Notes: generated by a model not told the origin, from the sequence alone. Positions 1-9,556 are shown, numbered from the stretch's first letter. The stretch is DNA of 21,367 nucleotides from Octopus sinensis (GCF_006345805.1 NW_021824505.1:1-21367); one strand, 5' to 3'. Numbers and translations are program-made.

Positions 1-166
1 CTGTGAAGCGAAGACGATAGAAAATTATGATGACCGCTTTGACGATGAGCTTGTCTATTTGATGTCCTGTACCGATATATGCATGTATATATACATATAG
101 ATGTAGGTATGTACATATAGGTATGTATATATGCATATATTTATATATTATTTATATTATTATATA

Positions 167-1095
167 AGGAGGTGGATACACCTTTTTTTGGAAGGGGAGG
201 CAGAAGGGGGAGCGCAGAGAGACTGGTGTCGGCTTTGCAGTTCGATCTGACATCCTTAAGAAGTTGCACCTGAAAGGTGGGTGGTTTAATACTCTAATAA
301 TTGCCTGTGCACCTACTTTGACTAGCTGCGATGAAGATAAAGCTATATTTTATACCCAGCTGAGAGCCATGCTTAGGAAAATCCCTAAGCCATTCTACTG
401 GGAGATTTCAATGCCAGGGTTGGAACAGACTGGCAAACATGGAACTTTCTAGGATGTTTTGGTGTGGGGAAAATGAGCAGTGGTCTCATGCTGCCGGAGC
501 TTTCCGATGAACATGGACTTTACATCGCAGGCACTCATTTGATGCACAAAGGGGATCACACAACAACGTGGATGCATCCAAGGTCTAAAGTTTGGTACTT
601 GCTGGATTATGTCATCATCCGCAAGCGCGACATTTATGACATCTGTAATGTCAAGTCCTTGCATGGATCAGAATGCTGGACAGCCCACAATCTGTTGCGA
701 GCAAAGTTCCGGATGATGATTAGAGTGAAAGAGAGAAGAGGACCAGTTGGCATTCCTCGGTATCTGAATGTCCACAAGATATATGATGTTGTGTTGAGGA
801 AAGAGCTTCAGACTCACCTGTCCAGCATTAAAAATACAACATCATGGGAAGATTTTCGAAATCAGGTTGTTCAATGTGCAGCCGAAACCCTGGGGTATGC
901 TACTGCCAGACACAGGTTTGATGAAAACGATGCTGAAGTTCAATGACCATTGGCCGTAAAGCGCCATGCCCACAATGTATTGCTACAGAGAGGACTTTCA
1001 ACTTAAATGGGAGGATCTTGCTGGTGATGCAAATGACAGCAAGAAGCTTTACCATCTTATGAAGCAAGTTTATGGGCCTAAGAGCTCTGTATTTC
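167..1095 (+). mobile_element. Degenerate RTE-clade (BovB-like) LINE fragment: AP-like endonuclease domain plus start of linker, frameshifted and truncated
   Basis: Conceptual translation across frameshifts gives GGGYTFFWKG...TGVGFAVRS, APTLTS, LLGDFNARVG-like (ctactgggagatttcaatgccagggttgga), TTWMHPRSKVWYLLDYVIIRKRD, ECWTAHNLLRAK and DSKKLYHLMKQVYGP. These are characteristic RTE endonuclease and linker motifs. Confidence 0.9.
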
Positions 1096-1145
1096 AAAGG
1101 GACCAGCTTGGTCACATTCTGAGTCACGCTGAATCTGAGTCATGT

Positions 1146-1266
1146 TGAATTTGCCTTAGAACTACATTAAGAGTGCATGTGTCTGTGGAGTACTCAGCCA
1201 TTTGCATGAGCAGGCTGTTCTGTCGATTGGATCAACTGAAATCCTCGTCATCACAGCTGATGGGAT
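1146..1266 (+). mobile_element. Old 3' tail fragment of SINE family C (tail type 2); its last bases resume at about 1592-1597
   Basis: Aligns by eye with 6785-6918 (gagaactacgttaagggttcacgtgtctgtggagtgctc...gagcaggctgttccgttgatcggatcaaccggaaccctc). Confidence 0.7.
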
Positions 1267-1582
1267 AAAAAAAACAAACTAACTGTTCCTTCTCAAACCA
1301 TGCCTGGCTTGTAAGGGCCAGTTTCCTGGTTTCCTTGGCGTATAGGTTTCCCCACCTGGACGGGACGCCGGTCCATCGCAGATGAACTGCAAGATGCAGG
1401 AGGAAAGAAGGAGAGAAAGTTGTGGTGAAAGAGTCAGCAGAAGTTCGCCATTACTTTCTGCTGGAGCCGCGTGGAGCTTAGGTGTTTCGCTTATAAATAC
1501 ACACATCGCTCGGTCTGAGATTCGAACCCATGATCCCTCGACCGCAAGTCCACTGCTCTAACCACTAGGCCATGGGCCTCCA
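1267..1582 (-). mobile_element. tRNA-derived SINE, family C (tail type 1), full length with 9-bp TSD
   Basis: The minus strand starts tggaggcccaTGGCCTAGTGGttagagcagtggacttgcggtcgagggatcatgGGTTCGAATCtc (Pol III A and B boxes). Its central domain is shared with 6602-6720. TGATGGGAT is duplicated at 1258-1266 and 1583-1591. Confidence 0.85.
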
Positions 1583-1804
1583 TGATGGGATGCTTCTTTA
1601 TATATATAAAGACTAAAATAAAATAGAGTCATATGACTGACATAAATTCATTAACATTATAATATAATCTTAATGTAATATAATATTGTTATATTTCAGA
1701 ATGGTCATTTTGCCAGTTTAGCCAATAAAAACACACACACTATATATTTGGTGTTACTTTGCTTCAGCGTTATTTATATTTTACATTAATCTTAATCTTA
1801 TTTT

Positions 1805-1849
1805 GGCCAGAGTTCTTTCGTCACACTCCTGTGGCCTCATCAGTGGTCC
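1805..1849 (-). ncRNA. Minimal type I hammerhead ribozyme motif (copy A), core intact, one C.A mismatch in stem II
   Basis: Minus strand reads GGACCA CTGATGA G GCCACA GGAG TGTGAC GAAA G AA CTC / TGGCC. Confidence 0.65.
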
Positions 1850-1950
1850 TTTGCTTTCTTCTTTCTTATTTGTGTGTCTCTCCTTACTAACCATCAGCTA
1901 TTCAAAATAGTTAGTAAGGAGAGACACACCAATAAGAAAGAAAAAGCAAA

Positions 1951-1995
1951 GAACCACTGATGAGGTCACAGGAGTGGTGACAAACAACTCTGGCC
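1951..1995 (+). ncRNA. Degenerate hammerhead motif (copy B), GAAA core damaged
   Basis: GAACCA CTGATGA G GTCACA GGAG TGGTGAC AAAC AA CTC TGGCC: GAAAG is replaced by AAAC. Confidence 0.45.
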
Positions 1996-2463
1996 GAAAT
2001 AAGATTAAGATTAATGTAAAAATATAAATAACACTGAAGCAAAATAACACCAAATATATATTGCGTGTGTTTTTATTGGCTAAACTGGCAAATACCATTC
2101 CGAAATATAACAATATCTTTTTCAACAACACGACTTCACATAAAAAATCTTTCACAACAAATATATAAACGTAGTAATATAATATATTATAAACAAAGTA
2201 ACCAGTTATAAAATCTGAAGAAGTGGATCTTTGTTTTCACTCCATTTGTGCACACAGCAGACGAAGAGGTAACTGGCTTGAAACTCGGCCTGTCCCACAA
2301 TCCTGTTAACTGATGGAGGTTAGTAGGGGTTCACTCCCGCTGCTAGCAATATATTCTATATAAAGGGTGCAGGACACTGCATCAAAAACCAGCTGGCGGG
2401 GAATCTGCCTGCCGTTAAACAAGTTTTCGCTTATGAAAACAAATGTGTGTCCTACAACTTATT

Positions 2464-2572
2464 TACTCTTTTACTCTTTTACTTGTTTCAGTCATTCGAC
2501 TGCGGCCATGCTGGAGCACCGCCTTTAGTCGAGCAACTCGACCCCGGGACTTATTCTTTGTAAGCCCAGTAC
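2464..2572 (-). mobile_element. SINE family A, 3' tail fragment
   Basis: Near-identical to 5043-5150 (ttttacttgtttcagtcatt.gactgcggccatgctggagcacc.cctttagtcgagcaactcgaccccgggacttattctttgtaagcccagtac). Confidence 0.9.
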
Positions 2573-2660
2573 ACACAGTCATATATATATGTATATGCAT
2601 ATATACATACATACATATATGTATGTATATGCTTATTCTCACACACTCACACACACACAC

Positions 2661-2906
2661 TCTTTTACTCTTTTACTTGTTTCAGTCATTTGACTGCAGC
2701 CATGCTGGGGCACCGCCTTTAGTTGAGCAAATTGACCCTGGGACATGTATATGATAGGTTTCTTTCAGTTTCCATCTACCAAATCCACTCACAAGGTTTT
2801 GGTCAGCTCAAGGCTATGGTAGAAGACACTTGCCCAAGGTTCCATGCAGTGGAACCGAATCTGGCACCATGTGGTTGGGAAGCAAGCTACTTACCACACA
2901 GCCACA
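2661..2906 (-). mobile_element. SINE family A copy with internal deletion (tail 2661-2744, head 2754-2906)
   Basis: Matches the tail and head of the 5043-5472 copy. The minus-strand head reads tggctgtgtggtaagtagcttgcttcccaaccacatgg...ccttgggcaagtgtcttctac. Confidence 0.85.
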
Positions 2907-3334
2907 TTATACATACATACATATATATATACATACACATATATATATATATATAATATTATTTAGCACAACTCCTTCCATGCTGGCATGGGTTGGACGG
3001 ATACTATGTACATACACAATATATCTATAACAACAATGTATGATTTGAGTAAACTTTGGCTGCTATTTCTAGCAAACACAAAGTGCTATCAATAGGGAGA
3101 CGCTGTAGGAGTTTTACGACTTATTTCGAGAAAATTCTTGGCTTAATTTACAACCTGAATCGTTACTGAGGTTTCGTTACAATTACGGACAATGTCGGAC
3201 ATTGCTTTAGAAGTGCAGAGAGTTTTGTCTGTTAAAATAAACGGTTTCCATTATTGGTTTGTGTAATTCTTGAGACCCAAGAGTCTTTTAGTGCTTCAGT
3301 TAAAGATATCAGTTCTTGCACCCGTATTTGGGCA

Positions 3335-3338
<4 letters not shown>

Positions 3339-3365
<27 letters not shown>

Positions 3366-3550
3366 GAGTGTGAGTGTCTGTGTGTATATGCATGTATTTA
3401 TGTATGGATACATGCATGTATAATATATATGTGTGTCTGTGTGTACATGCGGTATATGTCTCCAGCTAAATATATGCATATATATATATATATAGACTTA
3501 TATATGCATATATACATATGAGTAAATATATATAAAGAGACAAGTATGCC

Positions 3551-3614
<64 letters not shown>

Positions 3615-3703
3615 CATATACACATATACGTATGAATATATATAAATATATATATAATATACATGCATATACACATAATAAGTATGAATATATATATATA
3701 TAG

Positions 3704-3734
<31 letters not shown>

Positions 3735-3830
3735 ATATATATATATTAATATATATATCTACATATACATATACAGGCACATACACACACATACACACAC
3801 ACATACACACACATATATACTCATACATAT
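3339..3830. repeat. Compound (TG)n/(TA)n/(CA)n microsatellite
   Basis: Directly visible; it generates the spurious YI/CV-rich ORFs. Confidence 0.95.
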
Positions 3831-4030
3831 GTATGCATAAGGGGACACAGGGTGAGAGTAAAAGAGATGGTCACAGAGATAATGTCCAATCAATATCTTC
3901 CAGTTATTGTTTTTTTTTCTATTTCCATTTTTATATTTTCTCTCTTCAAATCGATTTCTAGCAGCCATGATGGGATTCTCTGATCTTGTGATCGAATTTG
4001 CCCCACTGCCTCACCATATTTGCCCCCCAC

Positions 4031-4085
<55 letters not shown>

Positions 4086-4111
4086 GTTTATCTATTTATC
4101 CATCCATCCAT

Positions 4112-4143
<32 letters not shown>

Positions 4144-4286
4144 TTATCTATCTATTTATCTATCTATCTGTCTGTCTGTCTGTCTATCTATCTATATATA
4201 TATCCCCTTCTCTATCTATCTATCTATCTATCTATCTATATCTATCTATCTATAGATGTCTGTTTGTCTGTCTGTCTGTCTCCACC

Positions 4287-4338
<52 letters not shown>

Positions 4339-4670
4339 ATATATATATATATATTTATTTATGAATCTTTGTGTGTCAGTGATTTTGTGTGTGTTATGTG
4401 TGTATATATACACACACATATGTATATATAGGCATGTGTGTGTGTGTGCATACACAAACACACACGAAACACACACACACACATGTATACATAACTGCAT
4501 ACTGATAGATGAGAATTTATGTATATACACACACACATACACATACAAACATATACACATAGCCATATGTATATATACACACACACATATACACACATAC
4601 ACACTTACATACACACACACATATACACACATACACACTTACATACACACTTACATACACACACACATAC
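4031..4670. repeat. Compound (CT)n/(TATC)n/(TGTC)n/(CA)n microsatellite
   Basis: Directly visible. Confidence 0.95.
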
Positions 4671-4758
4671 ATGTTTGTTTTTATGCTAAGTAATAATAAA
4701 GACGATTTTACATTAATCTGTCGAGTTTTTCCATCCTTTTGTAGAGACAAATATATTT

Positions 4759-4873
4759 TTCTTATATAAGAGCATCGTTGACAGTAACCTCGAAGTTTCG
4801 GCCAGCTAAACCATCATTGGATGATGGCTTAGCTGACTGGAACTTCGAAGTCAACAATGTTCTTGTATAAGAA
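4759..4873. repeat. 115-nt fold-back hairpin (52-bp stem, 6-nt bulge, 5-nt loop)
   Basis: ttcttatataagagcatcgttgac[agtaac]ctcgaagtttcggccagctaaaccatca-ttgga-tgatggcttagctgactggaacttcgaagtcaacaatgttcttgtataagaa. Confidence 0.9.
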
Positions 4874-4895
4874 TAATAAATACATATACACATAC

Positions 4896-5259
4896 AAGTG
4901 TGGCTGTGTGGTAAGAAGCTTGTTTCCCAATCACATGGTTCTGGGTTCAGTCCCACTGCGTGGCACCTTGGGCAAGTGTCTTCTGCTTTAGCCAAAGACT
5001 TGGGAATGGATTTTGTTGATGGAAACTGAAAAGAAGCTCATTACTCTTAGTCTCTTTTACTTGTTTCAGTCATTTGACTGCGGCCATGCTGGAGCACCAC
5101 CTTTAGTCGAGCAACTCGACCCCGGGACTTATTCTTTGTAAGCCCAGTACTTATTCTATCGGTCTCTTTTGCCGAACTGCTAGGTAACGGGGACATAAAC
5201 ACACCAGCATCGGTTGTGAAGCGATGTTGGGGAGACAAACACAGACACACAAATACACA

Positions 5260-5304
<45 letters not shown>

Positions 5305-5727
5305 TATATACGACGGGCTTCTTTCAGTTTCCGTCTACCAAATCCACTCACAAGGCTATGGACGGCCCGAGGCTATAGTAGAAGACACTTGCCCAAGGTG
5401 CCACGCAGTGGGACTGAACCCAGAACCATGTGGTTGGTAAACAAGCTACTTACCACACAGCCACTCCTGTGCCATTGTATATATGTATATATTTATGTGT
5501 GTGTGTCTTTGTGTCTGTGTTTGTCCCCTGCCCATCACCTCTTGACGTCTGGTGTTGGTGTGTTTGCATCCCTGTAAACTAGCAGTTCAGTGAATGAGAC
5601 TGATAGAATGAGTACCAGGCTGAAGATAGAAGTCCTCAGGTCGATTCGGTTAACTTAAAGCTGTCAAATGTGGTGCTCCAGCATGGCTGCAGTCAAATGA
5701 ATGAAACGAGTAAAAGAATAAAAAAAG
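4896..5727 (+). mobile_element. Older SINE family A copy (head 4896-5042, tail about 5477-5727), split by a younger antisense copy
   Basis: Head: tggctgtgtggtaagaagcttg...gggttcagtcccactgcgtggcaccttgggcaagtgtctt...ggaaactgaaaagaagc. Diverged tail: ...gtgctccagcatggctgcagtcaaatgaatgaaacgagtaaaagaat. Confidence 0.8.
5043..5472 (-). mobile_element. Full-length tRNA-derived SINE family A (~430 bp) with CORE-like CCTTGGGCAAGTGTCTT motif and central (TA)n/(TG)n
   Basis: A/B-box-like head (TGGCTGTGTGGTAAG...GGTTCAGTCCC), internal microsatellite and AAGTAAAAGAG tail. Multiple copies occur in the window. Assignment to the published octopus OR/OK families was not checked. Confidence 0.9.
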
Positions 5728-5728
5728 T

Positions 5729-6122
5729 ACACACACACACACGCACATACACACACATATACATACACAAGTACACACACACATACATACTTACACACAC
5801 ATATACATACACACTTACACACACATATACATACACACATACACACACATAGACACACATATATACACACACATACACACACATACACACACATACATAC
5901 ACACACATATACATACACACACATACACACACATACACACATACATATACTCACACATACACACACACATACACACACATATACACGCACATATATATGC
6001 ACACATACACACACACACATATACACACACATATATACACACACATACACACACATACACACACACATATATACACACACATACACACCACACACATATA
6101 TACACACTCACATATACACGCA
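5729..6122. repeat. (CA)n/(TACA)n microsatellite
   Basis: Directly visible. Confidence 0.95.
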
Positions 6123-6320
6123 CCATTCATTTATGGATTTGTTCTGCAGGATTCCTGATGTGGAGCTGTGTGTTGAAACATATATCGTTATATTCCAGCA
6201 TGGTCCTTTTTGTTTTTTCCTTGTCAAATAAACACACACACACACTATATACTTGTTCTTCTATACACTATACACTCATTCTCCACTCATTTACTACTGT
6301 CCTTATTTTATTATTTCTTT

Positions 6321-6446
6321 ACTACCCACAAGGGGCTAAACACAGAGGGGACAAACAAGGACAGACAAAGGGATTAAGTCGATTACATCGCCCCCAGTGC
6401 GTAACTGGTACTTAATTTATCAACCCCGAAAGGATGAAAGGCAAAT
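6321..6446 (-). mobile_element. SINE family B fragment (central domain and tail)
   Basis: The reverse complement matches 11645-11770 (tttgcctttcatcctttcggggttgataaattaagtaccagtt.cgcactgggggcgatgtaatcgacttaatccctttgtc). Confidence 0.85.
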
Positions 6447-6601
6447 TTTATCTTATATTCATTTTCTGGAAATCACCCACCTGTAACCTCTTCAGTGACA
6501 GTCCATCCCATGTGTCACCTCCTGGTCTGTTTAGTTCATTCTATCTTTCTATGTTGTGTATCCCTATCTGCACATGTGTTTGCATTTGTATTTGTGTGTG
6601 T

Positions 6602-6918
6602 ATCCCAGACCGAGCGTTGTGAGTGTTTATTGAGCGAAAACACCTAAAAGCTCCACGAGGCTCTGGCAGGGATGGTGGTGATCCCTGCTGTACTCTTTCA
6701 CCACAACTTTCTCTCACTCTTACTTCCTGTTTTCTGTTGTAACTGTATTTCAAAGGGCCAGCCTTTGTACTCTCTGTGTCACCTGATATCCCCGAGAACT
6801 ACGTTAAGGGTTCACGTGTCTGTGGAGTGCTCACCACTTCACGTTAATTTCACGAGCAGGCTGTTCCGTTGATCGGATCAACCGGAACCCTCATCGTTGT
6901 AACGACGGAGTGCTTCCA
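6602..6918 (+). mobile_element. SINE family C (tail type 2), lacking most of the tRNA head
   Basis: cccagaccgagcg...aaacacctaaaagctccacgaggctc...actctttcaccacaactttctctc matches the minus strand of 1420-1520, and its tail matches 1146-1266. Confidence 0.8.
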
Positions 6919-7132
6919 TCATTTGTGTGTGTGTGTGTGTGTGAGAATGTATGTCTATGTGTTTCGTGTGTTTGTTTTGTGTCTGTATATTGGTTTGTTT
7001 ATTATACTGTTTGTATCTGTGCCCTTTATCTATATATTACTTATCTATTTTTCCATTTCATCTGAAGTATGTGTATGTATGCCTTTTGTTTGGATGTATA
7101 TAGGTTCATGCATGATACTCTTTGTATCTGTC

Positions 7133-7305
7133 GGGTGAGGCTTAGTTTTTTGGGATGAGTGAAGACTAAGCTTAACGGTAGCTGATACAATTCTGTGGTC
7201 AGAGCCGACAGAACTAAAGGAAGAGTAGGATCTCGAGTCTTTAACACTATTGCGCCATTTCTTTCGAAAGATGAGGTAGTCAATTTGTGCCCTATCACTA
7301 AGTAG
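7133..7305 (-). mobile_element. Inverted endonuclease C-terminal segment of an RTE-X-like LINE
   Basis: Minus-strand translation RAQIDYLIFRKKWRNSVKDSRSYSSFSSVGSDHRIVSATVKLSL contains the IDY and SDH motifs of an AP-like endonuclease. Confidence 0.85.
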
Positions 7306-7312
7306 AGACTTC

Positions 7313-7756
7313 AAACTTGAAATATTCAAAGCCACAGTCGAACCAATTCTACTATATGGCTCAGAAACCTGGATGTTATCAAAGAAGCTTGAGAGGCGGT
7401 TGGATGGAACCTACACTCGCCTCCTTCTGAGAGCTCAAAATCTCTCGTGGAAGCGCCATCCAACCAAAATGCAAGTATATGGGAAATTACCACCTGTGTC
7501 ATCTCTTGTGAAAGGTAGGAGAGTCCAGTTTGCTGGACATTGTTGTAGAGCTGAAAAAGAGGTAATTTCTACTCTTCTCCTCTGGAAGCCATCTACTCGC
7601 AATACCAGAGGGCGCACACTCTCCTACCCTGATGTAATCTCCAGGGATACAGGCATCCAGCAACAGGACCTCCGTAATGCTATGATGGACCGTGAAGTCT
7701 GGCGTAACATAGTAAATTCCATAGTCTCGACCACGGTCGAACAATGATGATGATGA
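7313..7756 (+). mobile_element. 3' end of an RTE-X-like LINE (post-RT region to stop codon) with (TGA)n tail
   Basis: KLEIFKATVEPILLYGSETWMLSKKLERRLDGTYTRLL...QFAGHCCR...DREVWRNIV...TVEQ* is followed by tgatgatgatga. The 11-bp TSD TTGTATCTGTC is at 7122-7132 and 7757-7767. Confidence 0.9.
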
Positions 7757-7767
7757 TTGTATCTGTC

Positions 7768-8495
7768 TCATTTTCCTTTTCTCATTCTGTCTTTGTCATG
7801 CTGTGTAGTGTGGTGGTCATGAGTGTTATTGTTCCATTCGTCTTTTCTGTCTATTACTATATGTGTGGCCTCTTTAATCTGTCTAAGTATCATGTCTGTT
7901 CTATGCATTAATAATACTTTAACATCTACGTTATTAACTGAGCCACTATGTTCTGATTGAGCATATTGACAGAGCACTGATGAGCTTTTCTCCTCTTTGA
8001 GCTCCCACCAGTATTCATCTATCTGTTCTCCAATGCTATGTGCTGTCTCCCCAATATATATTCTTGTCTTATTTCTGCACCATTTCTCAGTGCACCGTAT
8101 GCTATAAACAACATTCCTAATCTTACATTTAATCTGTGGGCTCATCCTATCTACTATACAGTTGTTCTTCATACATGGGGGCTTTTTGAGTTAGCTGGTC
8201 TTTCTACTACTTGAATGTGTAAATTAGCTTTTCTAGTATTTTTCTAAAAAAGGATATAATCATTTGCTATCAGGAGTAAACTTGACACTCTGGTATTTTT
8301 GGTTGTCTTACCATGAGTTGGTCTTATCTATTTTCTTCTTCATCTTTTCTGTTCTGTTCCAGGATTTACTCCTGTTTAGTGGGGAGATCCCATTTGCATT
8401 CCTCTCAATAATGACCTTGTACTTAACCCTGGGTCTTAACCCTGTTCCTTTGACTGTAGCCAGAAAATTGCACATGATGGATGAAGTGTTGCATG
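7768..8495 (-). mobile_element. Degenerate Penelope-like element (Neptune-type): RT thumb end, linker and GIY-YIG endonuclease
   Basis: Minus-strand translation across stops and frameshifts gives QFSGYSQ, GISPLNRSKSWNRTEK, FTPDS, IQVVERP, PPCMKNNC, CKIRNVVYSIRCTEKWC, IYIGET and LRQIKEATHI. Confidence 0.85.
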
Positions 8496-8502
8496 TGTTT
8501 TT

Positions 8503-8692
8503 CCACCACCACCACCCACAACAACAACCACCACCACCACCACCACCACCACAATCACCACCACCAACATCATCACCACCACCACCACCACCACCACAAC
8601 AACAACCACCACCATCAACACCACCACAGCAAACCCCCCCACCACAACAACAACAACAACATCAACAACCACCACCACCACCACCACCGCCA
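8503..8692. repeat. (CCA)n/(CAA)n trinucleotide microsatellite
   Basis: Directly visible; it is the source of the poly-P/H/V ORFs. Confidence 0.95.
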
Positions 8693-9120
8693 TAAACTCT
8701 CTCCCAGTATCTCAAAACATTGCACTGAGGTATACTATAGCGCAAATTAATCTGCTGAGACTAATGAGAAGACAAATTAATTGAAGCTAAACAGAAGCTA
8801 ATTGACATTTTCAAAATTGTTCATAATGGCTTCTTCCTTAACGAAGAATATGATTTTTTTTTTTCTCTAAACTCTACAAATTGAGTTAAGTGGTTTTCAT
8901 TTCTCCTGAGCTATGCAGAAATTTTTTCCTTTTTACCTCTTAGTCAGGGAAAGAAAGCAGCCTAACAAACTCAACCTTCACATGAGACTTCACTTTTCTA
9001 CTGTCTCTAAGAGCTAAAGTGTTGGTCATTGTACTTGTTGTTGTTGTTGCTGAGTCACAGGTCAGCTTTGATTCAACAAAATTGATTATTTGGGGTAATA
9101 AAAACTTTAATTTTCTTTTT

Positions 9121-9556
9121 GTCTTTGACCAGTAAGTGTCATCTCCTATTTACCTCTATCTAGAAATCAAAGGAAATGACTTCTATTCCCTTCAAATTTT
9201 ACTTTATCACCTGGACACCAAATTATTAAAAACTGACCTATTTTCCATTACATTTCAGACAGATTCAGTGCTTAGTAGCTGAAGCAGAAATATCGTTATA
9301 GCAAATATTCTGCCCAACACCACAGATTTGCTTGTTGTCTTTGGTCAGTAAGTTTTATTTCCTATTTGCCTCTATCCAGAAATCAAAATGTAATTAATTA
9401 CTTCTATTCCCTTCAAACTTTGCTTTTGTCACCTGGACATCAATGTTTTCAAACTGACCCATTTTCCATTACATTTCACACAGATTCACTGCTGAGTTGC
9501 TGTAGCAGAAATATCGTTATAGCAAATATTCTGCCCAATACCACAGGTTTGCTTGT
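9121..9556. repeat. Diverged direct tandem duplication, period about 216 bp
   Basis: Units begin gtctttgaccagtaagt (9121) and gtctttggtcagtaagt (9337). Both contain cttctattcccttcaaa and gcagaaatatcgttatagcaaatattctgcccaa. Confidence 0.9.

Larger units (their letters stand above)
1683..2116. repeat. Long inverted repeat: two ~210-bp units head-to-head (1683-1898 minus, 1910-2116 plus); third copy at 21096-21303
   Basis: The arms are directly complementary, e.g. tattgttatatttc/gaaatataacaata, gccagtttagccaataaaaacac/gtgtttttattggctaaactggc and ctctccttactaac/gttagtaaggagag. The spacer between paired arms is 1892-1909. Confidence 0.95.

Noticed and set aside
1500-1582. tRNA gene (also 16150-16229 and the family A/B heads)
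   Set aside because: These have A/B boxes but no complete cloverleaf, and they continue into SINE bodies, so they are SINE heads rather than tRNA genes.
2264-2300. Hammerhead-like cagacgaagag...ttgaaactcggcctgt
   Set aside because: It needs at least two core substitutions and has a poor stem II, so it is indistinguishable from chance.
2355-2400. TATA-box promoter (tatataaagg)
   Set aside because: The motif is common in this AT-rich context and there is no downstream gene or other supporting element.
6124-6219. Candidate 96-bp minus-strand exon (caag|...|gtgcgt; KKQKGPCWNITIYVSTHSSTSGILQNKSINE)
   Set aside because: The splice signals are mediocre and the peptide is unrecognised; such candidates are expected by chance in 21 kb.
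8264-8695. 143-aa ORF resembling a membrane protein with a proline-rich tail
   Set aside because: It is the antisense shadow of the Penelope-like relic running into the (CCA/CAA)n microsatellite.
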